A stretch of DNA of 64,000 bases from an uncultured Thermoleophilia bacterium (GTDB lineage Bacteria; Actinomycetota; Thermoleophilia; UBA2241), in contig CAVZSF010000005.1 of assembly GCA_963777895.1 (NCBI GenBank), positions 391,949 through 455,948 on the forward strand. Direction: 5' to 3'. The position numbers and the translations under genes were made by a program. The notes beneath the pieces are model-generated. The model made no database searches, had not been told where the DNA came from, and worked only from the letters and a program-made list of their open reading frames with translations. Below, one piece after another: positions 10,855 to 21,424 of the stretch (position 1 is its first letter; the number at the start of each line of letters is the position of its first letter).

Positions 10855-11834
10855 GAGGCATCTCCTTCGCGTTGTCCAGGCCCATCGCCCGAGGCCGAGA
10901 GCGTGATGCCGCGGGACGCGGCGAACGCGCCGAGCTCGTCTGCCCGGGGACAACCCCGGTAGCCGCCGAAGGCCTCCACTGCGCGAGCGCCGCAGAAGGT
11001 GGCGAGCGTGAGGGCGTCGGCCAGAGGGAGGCCGGCGAGCCACCCGACCAGGAAGCCCGCGTTGAAGCAGTCGCCGGCGCCGGTCGTGTCGACGACCTCG
11101 GCCGGCTCGGCCGGGCGCTCGACGACCTGGCCCGCGGACGTTGCGGCGGCCCCCAGGGCTCCCCGCTTCACGACGACGCAGGGGCAGGCCGATGCGAGCC
11201 GGCCCAGCGCCTGGTGGAGGTCGTCCACACCTGCCATTCCGAGCGCCTCCGGCTCGTTGGCGAAGAGCACGTCCGCGTCGGCGAGCGCCTCGTCGAGTGG
11301 CATGCCGGACTCCCACCACGGTCCGCCCCAGGCGTCGAGGGAGACGCTCATGCCGCGTGCCTTCGCGAGGGCCGTCAGCCCGGGTGGCTCCTCGGCGACG
11401 TAGCCGTGGAAGTGGCGCGCGGGCGTGCCCGAGACGACCTCGCGGGCGTAGCGCGCGAGGTCGTCCTCCTCGCGCGCGCCCTCCGCCGCGTGGGTGACGA
11501 ACCCCCTGTCGCCCGCGAAGTTCAGAGCCACCGACACGAACGGCAGCAGGTGATCGACGACGCGCAGGAAGTCGGTGGGCAGGCCCTCGGCTGCGTACTC
11601 GTCAAGGATCAGACGCCCCCACACGTCGTCACCGACGACGGAGACGTAGCCGACACGCAGGCCGAGGCGGTTTGCTGCGGCGGGCGTGTTGAACGACGTG
11701 CCCGCGCAGACGCCGAGGCCGGTGGCGTCGATGTCCTTGCCGAGCGCGGGCCACTCCTGGAGACCCGCGAACATGATGTCGACCGAGGGCCGGCCGACGA
11801 CCAGCAGATCCAGCGGCTGCGGGGGGCTCGTCAC
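10851..11834 (-). CDS. PfkB family carbohydrate kinase (ribokinase-like)
   Basis: Motifs DTTGAGDCFNAGF and LDLLVVGRPSVD. The likely GTG start is at 11834; the ORF continues to 11951. Confidence 0.8.
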   Translation of the reverse strand: MTSPPQPLDLLVVGRPSVDIMFAGLQEWPALGKDIDATGLGVCAGTSFNTPAAANRLGLRVGYVSVVGDDVWGRLILDEYAAEGLPTDFLRVVDHLLPFVSVALNFAGDRGFVTHAAEGAREEDDLARYAREVVSGTPARHFHGYVAEEPPGLTALAKARGMSVSLDAWGGPWWESGMPLDEALADADVLFANEPEALGMAGVDDLHQALGRLASACPCVVVKRGALGAAATSAGQVVERPAEPAEVVDTTGAGDCFNAGFLVGWLAGLPLADALTLATFCGARAVEAFGGYRGCPRADELGAFAASRGITLSASGDGPGQREGDAS

Positions 11835-11898
11835 CGCTGCCGACCGCTCGACTTGTTCGGCCGCGCTTCGTCGCGCCCCTCGACCGACCCGGGCACCC

Positions 11899-12625
11899 TC
11901 ATGATCCCGCCCACGCGGCGCGGTCGACGAGCACGGTGACGTCGCCGCCACGCTGCAGGAAGGAAGCCGGGACCTGCGGGGTCACGGGGCCCAGAACGGC
12001 GCGCCTCACGATCTCTGCCTTGTGTGCGCCGCAGGCCAGCAGGAGCGTCTTTCGCGCGGCGAGGAGCCCGGCCATGCCCACCGTGACCGCATGGCGAGGC
12101 ACCTGAGCCGCGTCTCCCCAGTAGCCGGCGCTGGCCGCAATGCTCGCCGCGGTGAGCGCCAGCGCCCGCGTCGGCGCGCAGTCGTCGGCAGGGGGTTCAT
12201 TGAAGCCGATGTGCCCGTTCGGCCCGATCCCGAGGATGACGAGGTCGTAGCCTCCCGCCTGCCTGCACGTCCCGGTCATAGGCCGCGAATGCTGCGTCAT
12301 CGCCGTCGCATGGCAGCAGCACGACGTTGTCCTGTGCGATCCCCAACGGGGTGACGACGCTGCGGGCCAGCCAGCCCGCGAGGGAATGCTGGTCCTCCGG
12401 CCGGACTCCCGCGTACTCATCGAGCTGGTAGACGACGAGACCGGACGCATCGAGCTCGCCGGCAAGCGACCGGCGGGCGAGCTCCTGGTAGACGCCCTGG
12501 GGCGAGTCGCCCATCGCCGCGACGACTCTCGCGTGCGGGTCGGCCGCGATCGCCTCGGCGGTGAGGTCCGCTCCCGCGCGGCTCACCGCCTCGTAGTCGT
12601 CGAGGACCGTGATCGAGAACCGCAT
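11899..12625 (-). CDS. nagB: Glucosamine-6-phosphate deaminase NagB, one frameshift
   Basis: MRFSITVLDDYEAVSRAGADL...YQLDEY in one frame, then YDLVILGIGPNGHIGFNEP...AVTVG in the next. The frame change is at about 12265. Confidence 0.85.
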
Positions 12626-12627
12626 CG

Positions 12628-13423
12628 TCAGCCGCCTTGGGGCTGCCGGCCGGAGCCTGCAGTGGCGTCTCCGGCCGGCGGCGCCGGTCTCACCAGCGAC
12701 GCCCTGAAGCGGTAGCGGTCGCCCCGGTAGACCATGTCGCAGGACTCGATGGGCTGGCCGGATTCGTCCTCGGTCAGTTGATGGCAGTGCAGGAGTGGTT
12801 CGCCCAGGGCCAGGCCGAGGAGGCGCGCCTGGTCGGCGTCGGCGGCGACTGCCTCGATGGCGAAGCGCGCCCGCGCCGCTCGAAGGCCATGACGCTCCTC
12901 CAGAACGGCATAAAGGGACGCGGTCGAGAAGTCGACCTCCGGAAGCGTCGGCGCCAGCGCCAGGGGGATGCGGCTGCGGTCGATCAGGATGGGCACGTCG
13001 TCCATGAGTCGAAGCCGCTGCAGCTCGAACAGGAGCCGCTCCGGGGGCGATGCCGAGCGCCTCGGCCTCGTCCAGCGTGGCGGGGCGAAGGCCCGCGGCG
13101 ATGACGCGCGCTGAGGGCCGCAGCCCGCGTGACGCCGCCATCTCCGAGAAGCTCATGAGCGCGTTCGGCGGTTCACCCACGCGCGCTCCCGCGACCGCCC
13201 AGCCGCGCCCCCCGGATCGCTCGAGCGTCCCGCTCCTCTCGAGCTCCGCCAGTGCTCGCCGCAGCGTGACGCGGCTCACCCCGTAGTGCTCGGCCAAGGC
13301 TCGCTCGGGAGGGAGGCGGGTCCCGCCGGCGAAGGCGCCCCGGCCGATCTCGTCGACCAGATCGCGTTGCACGCGCTGGTAGCGGAGCTGCAGCCTGTCC
13401 AGCCCATGTGGCTCGTCGCGCAT
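12628..13423 (-). CDS. GntR/HutC family transcriptional regulator (DasR-like), one frameshift
   Basis: An N-terminal GntR HTH reads RLPPERALAEHYGVSRVTLRRALAELERSG. A UTRA domain (ORF 12628..13005) lies in the next frame. An extra C in a run at about 13030 causes the shift. Confidence 0.8.
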
Positions 13424-13513
13424 AGACCGATCATAGACCGAAGACATACAGAAATACTACCAGAACAGTCCATGGTCTTGACACATCGGAAGGCCGGACC
13501 GTAGAGTCTGGGC
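13424..13513. promoter_or_regulatory. Divergent promoter region with candidate HutC/DasR-type operator repeats
   Basis: Direct repeat cggtctatg x2 (13421-13440, reverse-complement sense), plus the GTC-N2-GAC palindrome tggtcttgacac at 13474-13484. Confidence 0.4.
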
Positions 13514-14905
13514 ATGGCGACCCGGGTATTTCGAGGATGGCTTGCCGTCGCTGCGCTGAGCGTGACTCTCGCGGCGGGCGCGGGGCTCGGGCTGGCCGGT
13601 TGCTCCGCCACCCCGGGGAGCGACAGCGGGCCGGCTTCCGCTCCTCCCAGCCCGGCCGTCACGGGCGTCACCGAGACGGGCCCCATCACCCTCACGGTGT
13701 GGGACCAGGAGTCCGGCTCGACCAGCAAGGTCTGGGACCAGTTGAACTCCGAGTTCATGCAGAAGTACCCCAATGTCACGATCAAACGGGTCCGCCGTAG
13801 CCTGGGCGACCTCAAGACGTCCCTCAAGCTGGCGATCTCCGGGCCGCACCCGCCCGATGTGGTCCAGGCCAACCAGGGCTGGCCCGACATGGGTCAGATG
13901 GTGAAGGCCGGACTCCTCCTGCCGCTCGACAATTACGCCCAGGCATACGGCTGGAACGAGCGGGTCTCTGCGAACATCAACGCGGTCAGCAGCTTCTCGC
14001 CCGACGGCAAGCAGTTCGGCACCGGCAGCCTGTTCGGCTTCACCGACAAGGGCGAGCTGATCGGTGTCTTCTACAACAAGACGAAGCTGCAGAAGCTGGG
14101 TCTCTCCATCCCCACGACACTGGCCGAGTTCGAGCAGGCGCTGGCCGCGGCCAAGCAGGCGGGCGAGGTGCCGATCGCCTTTGGCAACCTCGACCGCTTC
14201 GGGGGCATCCACGAGTACGCGGCGATACAGGACCGGATCGCATCCGTGCAGTACCTCACCGACTTCATCTTCGGGCGCAAAGGCACGGACATCTCTTTCG
14301 ACACGCCTGAGAACCTCAAGGCCGCCCAGATGCTGCAGGACTGGGCGAAGAAGGGCTACTTCACGGCTGGGTTCAACGGCGTCGGCTACGACGACACGGT
14401 CGCCAAGTTCGTGAAGGGCGAAGGGGTCTTCAACATCACCGGCAACTGGATCGTGTCGGAGCTGGGTGAGGACAACGCCGACTTCGGCTTCATGCTGATG
14501 CCGCCGCTGGCGGCCGGCGACCCGGCGGCCACGACCGGCGGGCCGGGCTTCCCGCTCGCCATCACCTCCGCCAGCAAGCATCCCGACGCTGCGGCCGCCT
14601 ATATCGACTGGATGAACAGTCCGCATTCGGACGAGCTGCTGCTCCCGACGGGGCAGATCCCGCTGGCCGAGGGCGCGGACACGTCCAGCGTGCCGGCCGG
14701 CACCGTGCTCGCCGACGTGCTGGTCGCGGCCGGCGCCTCGAACAAAGCCAACGGCCTGGTGCCCTACGAAGACTGGGCGACGCCGACCATGTACGACACG
14801 ATGGTCGCCGGCGTCCAGGAGCTCATGGGGCAGAAGATCACGCCGCAGCAGTTCGTGGACAAGATCCAGAAGGACTACGCGGCCTTCCAGCAGTCCCGGC
14901 CCTGA
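13514..14905 (+). CDS. Sugar ABC transporter substrate-binding lipoprotein (family 1 SBP, DasA-like)
   Basis: Signal peptide with lipobox LAGC, 463 aa, located divergent to the GntR gene. Confidence 0.85.
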   Translation: MATRVFRGWLAVAALSVTLAAGAGLGLAGCSATPGSDSGPASAPPSPAVTGVTETGPITLTVWDQESGSTSKVWDQLNSEFMQKYPNVTIKRVRRSLGDLKTSLKLAISGPHPPDVVQANQGWPDMGQMVKAGLLLPLDNYAQAYGWNERVSANINAVSSFSPDGKQFGTGSLFGFTDKGELIGVFYNKTKLQKLGLSIPTTLAEFEQALAAAKQAGEVPIAFGNLDRFGGIHEYAAIQDRIASVQYLTDFIFGRKGTDISFDTPENLKAAQMLQDWAKKGYFTAGFNGVGYDDTVAKFVKGEGVFNITGNWIVSELGEDNADFGFMLMPPLAAGDPAATTGGPGFPLAITSASKHPDAAAAYIDWMNSPHSDELLLPTGQIPLAEGADTSSVPAGTVLADVLVAAGASNKANGLVPYEDWATPTMYDTMVAGVQELMGQKITPQQFVDKIQKDYAAFQQSRP

Positions 14906-15846
14906 TGGATCAGGAGCTTCTCCCGCCGCTGGCCGCCAGGCCTGGCGGGAAGGCGCGGCGGGCGCGGTCTGACCGCCGTCCGGGAGAGCCCCGTGCGATC
15001 GGGCTCCTCTACCTCGCTCCCGCGCTCATCGTCTATGCCGCGTTCACGCTCGTCCCCCTCGTCCACGCCTTCGATCTCTCGTTCTTCCAGTGGGATGGCA
15101 TCACGAAGGGGACCTTCGTCGGCCTTTCCAACTACAAGAGCTTCTTCACGGACCCGGTGATCCGCAGCTCCTACCTGCACACGCTGGTGCTGATCGTCTT
15201 CTTCTCGTTCCTGCCGATCACGATCGGGCTCTTTCTCGCGGCGCTGCTCTCGCGGATACGCATCCGCGGATTGACGTTCTTTCGGACCGTCCTCTTCCTG
15301 CCGGTGATCATCACGAACGTCGTCGTCGGCATCGCGTGGGCCTGGATCTATGCGCCCGATGGCCCCCTCAACACGTTCCTCTCCGCGATCGGCCTGGGGG
15401 AGTTCACACGGGCCTGGCTTGGCGACTTCCGCTGGGCGCTGCCCTCGGTCGGCCTGGTCGGCACGTGGGGGGAGTTCGGCTTCTGCATGATCCTCTTCAT
15501 CGCCGGCGTGATGAAGATCCCGACAAGCCTCTACGAGGCGGCCCGGGTGGACGGCGCCGGCCCGATCCGCGAGTTCTTCGCCGTCACGCTCCCGGGCCTG
15601 CGGAACGAGCTCACGGTCATTCTCGTGCTCACGGTGATCGACGCTCTCAGCACCTTCGATCTCATCTACATAATGACCTCGGGCGGGCCGGGCACGGCCA
15701 CCTCGGTGCCCGCCTTCCAGGTCTACAGCCGCGCGTTCCTGACCAACCAGGTCGGCTCGGCGACGGCGATCGGCATCACCCTGATGGTGATCGTCTTCGC
15801 CGTCTCCTTCGGCATCACCCGGCTGATGGAGCGCGGCCAGGAATGA
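14905..15846 (+). CDS. Sugar ABC transporter permease (MalF/DasB-like)
   Basis: Six-TM permease; the start overlaps the upstream stop. Confidence 0.85.
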   Translation: MDQELLPPLAARPGGKARRARSDRRPGEPRAIGLLYLAPALIVYAAFTLVPLVHAFDLSFFQWDGITKGTFVGLSNYKSFFTDPVIRSSYLHTLVLIVFFSFLPITIGLFLAALLSRIRIRGLTFFRTVLFLPVIITNVVVGIAWAWIYAPDGPLNTFLSAIGLGEFTRAWLGDFRWALPSVGLVGTWGEFGFCMILFIAGVMKIPTSLYEAARVDGAGPIREFFAVTLPGLRNELTVILVLTVIDALSTFDLIYIMTSGGPGTATSVPAFQVYSRAFLTNQVGSATAIGITLMVIVFAVSFGITRLMERGQE

Positions 15847-16670
15847 CCACCGTTCCCCGCACCCAGGTGATCATCAACTACACGCTGCTGATCGTGTTCG
15901 CGGCGATCGCCGTCTATCCGCTCGCCGGCGTGCTTCTCGCCAGCCTGTATCCGCCCGGCGTCAACCCTTCGGGCTTCGCGCTGCCGTCATCGTTCCACTT
16001 CGACAACTACACCGAGGCCTGGACGAGCGGGAACTTCAGCATGTACTTCCGCTCGAGCGTGATCGTCGCGCTCGTCGTCGTCTCGGTCTCGACGGTGCTC
16101 TCCATCCTCGGCGGCTACGCGCTGGGGACGATGCGGTTCCGCGGCTCGAAGCTCCTCTTCTACGTCTTCCTCATGGGGATGATCATCCCGTTCGAGGCGA
16201 TCGTCGTCCCGCTTTACTACGACCTGCGCGCCGTGAACTTGATCAACACCTACTGGGCGATCATCCTGCCGCAGATCTCGGGCTCGGTGGCCTTCGGCGT
16301 CTTCTGGATGAGGGCGTTCTTCCTCTCGGCGCCCCGCTCGCTGATGGAGGCGGCGAGCATCGATGGCGCCTCCAGTTGGAGCATCCTCTGGCGGATCCTC
16401 GTCCCCTTCGGCCGTCCCGCGATCCTGACGTTCGTCGTGCTGACCTTCTCGGGCAGCTGGAGCGACTTCTTCCTGCCGCTGGTCATGACGACAGACCCGA
16501 AGTACATGACCGCGCCGGCGGGACTCTCGCTGTTCTCCGGACAGCACACCACCAACGTGGCCCTGCTCTCGGCGGGCGCGGTGATCGTCGTGTTTCCCGT
16601 GATCATCGTGTACGTGTTCACGCAGCGCGAGTTCATCCGCGGGATGCTGTCGGGCTCGCTGAAAGGATAG
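15843..16670 (+). CDS. Sugar ABC transporter permease (MalG/DasC-like)
   Basis: Reads MTTVPRTQVIINYTLLIV... The ATGA start overlaps the upstream stop. Confidence 0.85.
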   Translation: MTTVPRTQVIINYTLLIVFAAIAVYPLAGVLLASLYPPGVNPSGFALPSSFHFDNYTEAWTSGNFSMYFRSSVIVALVVVSVSTVLSILGGYALGTMRFRGSKLLFYVFLMGMIIPFEAIVVPLYYDLRAVNLINTYWAIILPQISGSVAFGVFWMRAFFLSAPRSLMEAASIDGASSWSILWRILVPFGRPAILTFVVLTFSGSWSDFFLPLVMTTDPKYMTAPAGLSLFSGQHTTNVALLSAGAVIVVFPVIIVYVFTQREFIRGMLSGSLKG

Positions 16671-16674
16671 CCGC

Positions 16675-17772
<1,098 letters not shown>

Positions 17773-17791
17773 AAAGCGAGGGAGGGCGAGC

Positions 17792-18742
17792 ATGGACATG
17801 CGCAGGCTCGGTCCTGACGGGCCGCCCATCTCGGTGGTGGGATTCGGCTCGTGGGAGGCCGGCGGCAGCGAGTGGGGGCCGAACGACTCCGACGAGCAGG
17901 TCGTCGCCGCCATGCACGCCGGCTTCGATGCCGGGATGAACTGGATCGACACCGCCGAAGTGTACGGACCGCACCGGTCGGAGGAGCTTGTCGGCCGGGC
18001 CGTGGCCGGGCGCGACGACATCATGGTGTTCACCAAGGTCGCGCCCGATGAGCCCGGCTCGGGAGGGTCCGGCTTCCGCCCCGATCAGGTCAAGCGCGCG
18101 ATCCGCGACTCGCTGTCACGGCTCCGAAGAGATCACGTCGACCTCTACCAACTGCACTGGCCGGACCACAGCGGCGTGCCCATGGAGGACACCTGGGGCG
18201 CCATGGCGGAGATCCAGGACGAGGGCCTCGCGCGCCACATCGGCGTGTCGAACTTCAGTCGCGAGCGGATCGAGCGCTGCCTCGCGATCCGGCAGGTCGA
18301 TTCGGTCCAGAACGAGCTCTCTCTGGTGGTCCGGGACGACCGCGCGGAGCTCCTCCCCTGGCTGGCAGCGCGTGGCATCACCTACTTCGCCTACTCGCCG
18401 ATGGGGGCGGGGATGCTCACCGGGGCGCTGAAGCCCGGCCATGTCTTCGCCGACGACGACTGGCGCAGCGGCAGGCTATGGGAGGACGAGGAGCAGCACG
18501 AGGCCTTCCGGCCCGGCGCGTTCGAGGAGAACCTCGGGCGCGTGGAGCGGCTGCGCGCGCTCGCGGAGCGCCTCGGCGCCACCGTGGCGGCACTGGCGCT
18601 GCGCTGGGTCGTCGAGGCGGGGGCCACGACGGTGGCCATCGCCGGCAGCCGCGATCCAGCGCACGCGCGATCGAACGCGGCCGCCGGCGAGCTTCGTCTG
18701 GATACGGCCGCCATCGCGGAGATCGACGCCATCTTCAGCTAG
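17792..18742 (+). CDS. Aldo/keto reductase
   Basis: Motifs WIDTAEVYG, LYQLHWPD and IGVSNF. A gagggag RBS precedes the start. Confidence 0.85.
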   Translation: MDMRRLGPDGPPISVVGFGSWEAGGSEWGPNDSDEQVVAAMHAGFDAGMNWIDTAEVYGPHRSEELVGRAVAGRDDIMVFTKVAPDEPGSGGSGFRPDQVKRAIRDSLSRLRRDHVDLYQLHWPDHSGVPMEDTWGAMAEIQDEGLARHIGVSNFSRERIERCLAIRQVDSVQNELSLVVRDDRAELLPWLAARGITYFAYSPMGAGMLTGALKPGHVFADDDWRSGRLWEDEEQHEAFRPGAFEENLGRVERLRALAERLGATVAALALRWVVEAGATTVAIAGSRDPAHARSNAAAGELRLDTAAIAEIDAIFS

Positions 18743-18866
18743 CGACTGGCCGCAGGGCACCCGCTGCAGGGCAGCGCCGCGGCATCCCCGCGCACTGTTT
18801 GCTCCCCGGCGTGCCCCGGGAACGCTGCGCCCATCCTGTCGACCTCAGTCCATTCAAGGAGACGTC

Positions 18867-19247
18867 ATGGCCCCAGCGATCACCTGGTTCCATATCCCCG
18901 CCACCGACATGGCGCGCGCCAAGGCCTTCTACGAGACCATCAGCGGGTCCTCCCTCGAGAAGCTCGAGAGTCCACCCGGCATGGAGATGTGGAGCTTCCC
19001 CGCGGACTGGCGTGCCGGCGAGATCAGCGGCGCGATCGTCTGCGGCGAGGGCGCCGTCCCGAGCGCCACCGGCACCGCCGTCTTCCTGAACTCGAATCCG
19101 GACCTGCAGACCGTCCTCGACCGTGTCGAGGCGGCGGGCGGGAAGATCCTCGTGCCCAAGACGGCGATCGGCATGGAGGATGCCGGCCACTTTGCCATGA
19201 TCGCCGACACCGAGGGCAACACCGTCGGGCTGCACTCGCAGGGCTGA
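18867..19247 (+). CDS. VOC family (glyoxalase/bleomycin-resistance fold) protein
   Basis: 126 aa. Reads ITWFHIPATDMARAKAFYE...GHFAMIADTEGNTVGLHS. Confidence 0.75.
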   Translation: MAPAITWFHIPATDMARAKAFYETISGSSLEKLESPPGMEMWSFPADWRAGEISGAIVCGEGAVPSATGTAVFLNSNPDLQTVLDRVEAAGGKILVPKTAIGMEDAGHFAMIADTEGNTVGLHSQG

Positions 19248-19475
19248 GCCGGCCCGGCCGCCCCCGGCCGCCCCGTGCGATCACCGTCGCCCGCCTCGCG
19301 GTGACGGTCACCTGGGCGTTCGTCCCCGAGTCAGAAGATGCTGCGCGGCATCAGGGACCGCGCCCACTCAGCGACCTGGCCTCTGGTCGCTGGTGCCTGC
19401 CGCCGGTCGCTCTGCCGGCAGGCATGCGGACGCTCTATGAGCGGGCCCCTCTCTTCGTGGAAATCGTGATGTGAC

Positions 19476-19493
19476 GGTTAGCGTTTGGTGAAT
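19476..19493. promoter_or_regulatory. Conserved 18-mer GGTTAGCGTTTGGTGAAT, copy 1, upstream of the GtrA-fusion operon
   Basis: 15 of 18 positions match GGTAAGCGTTTGGTAAAG at 30243-30260, upstream of the response regulator. Both lie in lower-GC intergenic DNA. Confidence 0.4.
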
Positions 19494-19566
19494 GCGAGGG
19501 ACGGCTGCTTACAGTCCCTGCTTCAGTTGGTGTGGTCATTTGCATTCTCTTGGGGCGCGCACTGTA

Positions 19567-19592
19567 GGGCAGTACATCAAGGGCAGTACATC
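19567..19592 (+). promoter_or_regulatory. Perfect direct repeat GGGCAGTACATC-aa-GGGCAGTACATC, immediately 5' of the RBS of gene 19610
   Basis: Seen directly in the sequence, 18 nt upstream of the ATG. Confidence 0.4.
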
Positions 19593-19609
19593 GGGAGAGG
19601 GAACAAGCT

Positions 19610-21424
19610 ATGGCTTTCAGCGGGCAGCCCGCTTCGGCGGCAGGGTGGCCGAGCGCCGCCATCGACAGCCCCGGTCAGACAGGATCGCGGGGAATCTCCG
19701 GCAGTCGTTTCAGCACGGTGATCGGTTTTGCTCTCGTGGGAGCGACCGGGATCGTGGTCAATCAGGTCCTCCTGTGGGCCCTCGTGAGTCTCGGCGGCAT
19801 CAACTACATCGTGGGCGCCGTCATCGCCACGCAGGGCTCCACGGCTTGGAACTTCGCCCTCAACGAGCTCTGGGTGTTCCGCGGGCGCTCGTCGGGTGGA
19901 GCTTGGCGGCGCTATCTGGCCTTCGCCGCCATCAACAACGCCGCGCTTCTGGTCCGGGCTCCGCTGCTGGCGCTGCTCACCTCAGGGCTCGGCATCCACT
20001 ACCTCGTGTCGAACCTGATCACGCTGGTCGTGCTGTTCGCGACGCGCTTCGCCGTGAGCGACCGGCTGGTCTGGCGGGCGGCTACAGCCACGCAGGATGT
20101 CGCCTCGCCTGAGGGCACGGCCCCGGCGGACGCGAACGGGAGCGAGCGGGGATCCGCCGCTCGCCTCGCGGCGGCGGCGCGTGCGGCCGAACTCACCGGC
20201 CGGTCCACGGCGCCCTCGAACGGCTTCGCGCACCTCTACGACCTGCATGGCTTCGCCGCGGTCGCGTCCGAGGTCGAGCTTCGCGAGTTGCGCTACTTCC
20301 GCGTCCAGTCCCTGCCCGGCGGGGCCGACGTCGAACTGCGGGTGGGCGTCTGCGGATCGAAGCCCCACACGAAGATCAAGGTGACGTCCTCGCCGGGCGC
20401 CGTCGCCTACGAGGAGCATCTCGGGGCGCTGGGAGGCAACTTCCGGGTCGATATCGGTGACCGGATCCGGGTGACCGTCGCGCCCCTGCTGGCGCGCTCG
20501 CCGCACGTCGTCTATACGAACGTCGTCGAGGCGCTGCTGCGCTTCGTGCTCGCCTCGCGGGACTTCGCCCTCCTGCACTCTGCGACCCTCATCATCGAGG
20601 GACGCGGTGTGATGCTTTCGGCGCACACCGATACGGGCAAGACCCACACGATCCTGCGGATGCTGCGAGAGGTGGGCGGCGTGTTCCTGTCGGACGACAT
20701 GTCGATCGTGACCCCTCACGGGCGCGTCTTCGCGTATCCCAAGCCCCTGACCATCAGCCACCACACGCTGGCTGCTGTGGACGGCAGCATCCATTCCTTC
20801 AGGGAGCGCGCCGTGCTCCGGGCCAAGAGCTCGATCCACTCGAAGAAGGGACGGGGGACGGGCATGCGCCTGGCCGAGATGAACCTGCCGATCATGGCGA
20901 TCAACGCCATCACCCAGGTGATCGTGCCGCCGCCCAAGTACTTCGTCGACCGCCTCGTCCCCGTTGAGACGGGCGTCTCGACGAAAGTGGAGGATCTCTT
21001 CTTCATCGCCCGGGGTCCGAGGAACGACGCGATCGTGGACAGGGCGGAGGCGCTCGACACGCTGGTGGAGAACACCGACGACGCGTACGGCTTCCCGCCC
21101 TTCCAGCATTTCGCGCCCGTCATCGCGCTGGGCGGCGAGGACTACTTGGCGCTGCGCCGCAGGGAGCGCTCGATCCTGCAGCGCATGCTCGAGGGCGTGA
21201 CGGTGCAACGCCTCACACGCGACGACTTCACGTGGGCGGACGACATCCCGAGAATCGCCCGGGAGCGGTCTGTGCTCGAGGGGCTCGGCACGAACGGTCA
21301 TGGCGCCGACGGGAACGGCGCCAACGGGAACGGCGCCGACGGGAACGGCGCCAACGGGGTGGGGCGGGACGCGCTCAGTGAGGGCGTCGTCGCGGACGAT
21401 CAGGATTCCCGGAAGGCGGCGTGA
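19610..21424 (+). CDS. Membrane protein: GtrA-family 4-TM domain fused to a cytoplasmic HprK C-terminal-like P-loop domain. The C-terminus is a low-complexity (GNGAD)n tail.
   Basis: The GtrA-like segment reads IGFALVGATGIVVNQVLLWALV...WNFALNELWVF. The HprK-like segment reads LHSATLIIEGRGVMLSAHTDTGKTHTILRMLREVGGVFLSDDMSIV. The nt repeat at 21296-21360 encodes GHGADGNGANGNGADGNGANG. Confidence 0.6.
   Translation: MAFSGQPASAAGWPSAAIDSPGQTGSRGISGSRFSTVIGFALVGATGIVVNQVLLWALVSLGGINYIVGAVIATQGSTAWNFALNELWVFRGRSSGGAWRRYLAFAAINNAALLVRAPLLALLTSGLGIHYLVSNLITLVVLFATRFAVSDRLVWRAATATQDVASPEGTAPADANGSERGSAARLAAAARAAELTGRSTAPSNGFAHLYDLHGFAAVASEVELRELRYFRVQSLPGGADVELRVGVCGSKPHTKIKVTSSPGAVAYEEHLGALGGNFRVDIGDRIRVTVAPLLARSPHVVYTNVVEALLRFVLASRDFALLHSATLIIEGRGVMLSAHTDTGKTHTILRMLREVGGVFLSDDMSIVTPHGRVFAYPKPLTISHHTLAAVDGSIHSFRERAVLRAKSSIHSKKGRGTGMRLAEMNLPIMAINAITQVIVPPPKYFVDRLVPVETGVSTKVEDLFFIARGPRNDAIVDRAEALDTLVENTDDAYGFPPFQHFAPVIALGGEDYLALRRRERSILQRMLEGVTVQRLTRDDFTWADDIPRIARERSVLEGLGTNGHGADGNGANGNGADGNGANGVGRDALSEGVVADDQDSRKAA

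Noticed and set aside
15090-16670. 526 aa + ORF fusing parts of two ABC permeases
   Set aside because: Off-frame read-through. The true second permease starts at ATG 15843, overlapping the first permease stop.
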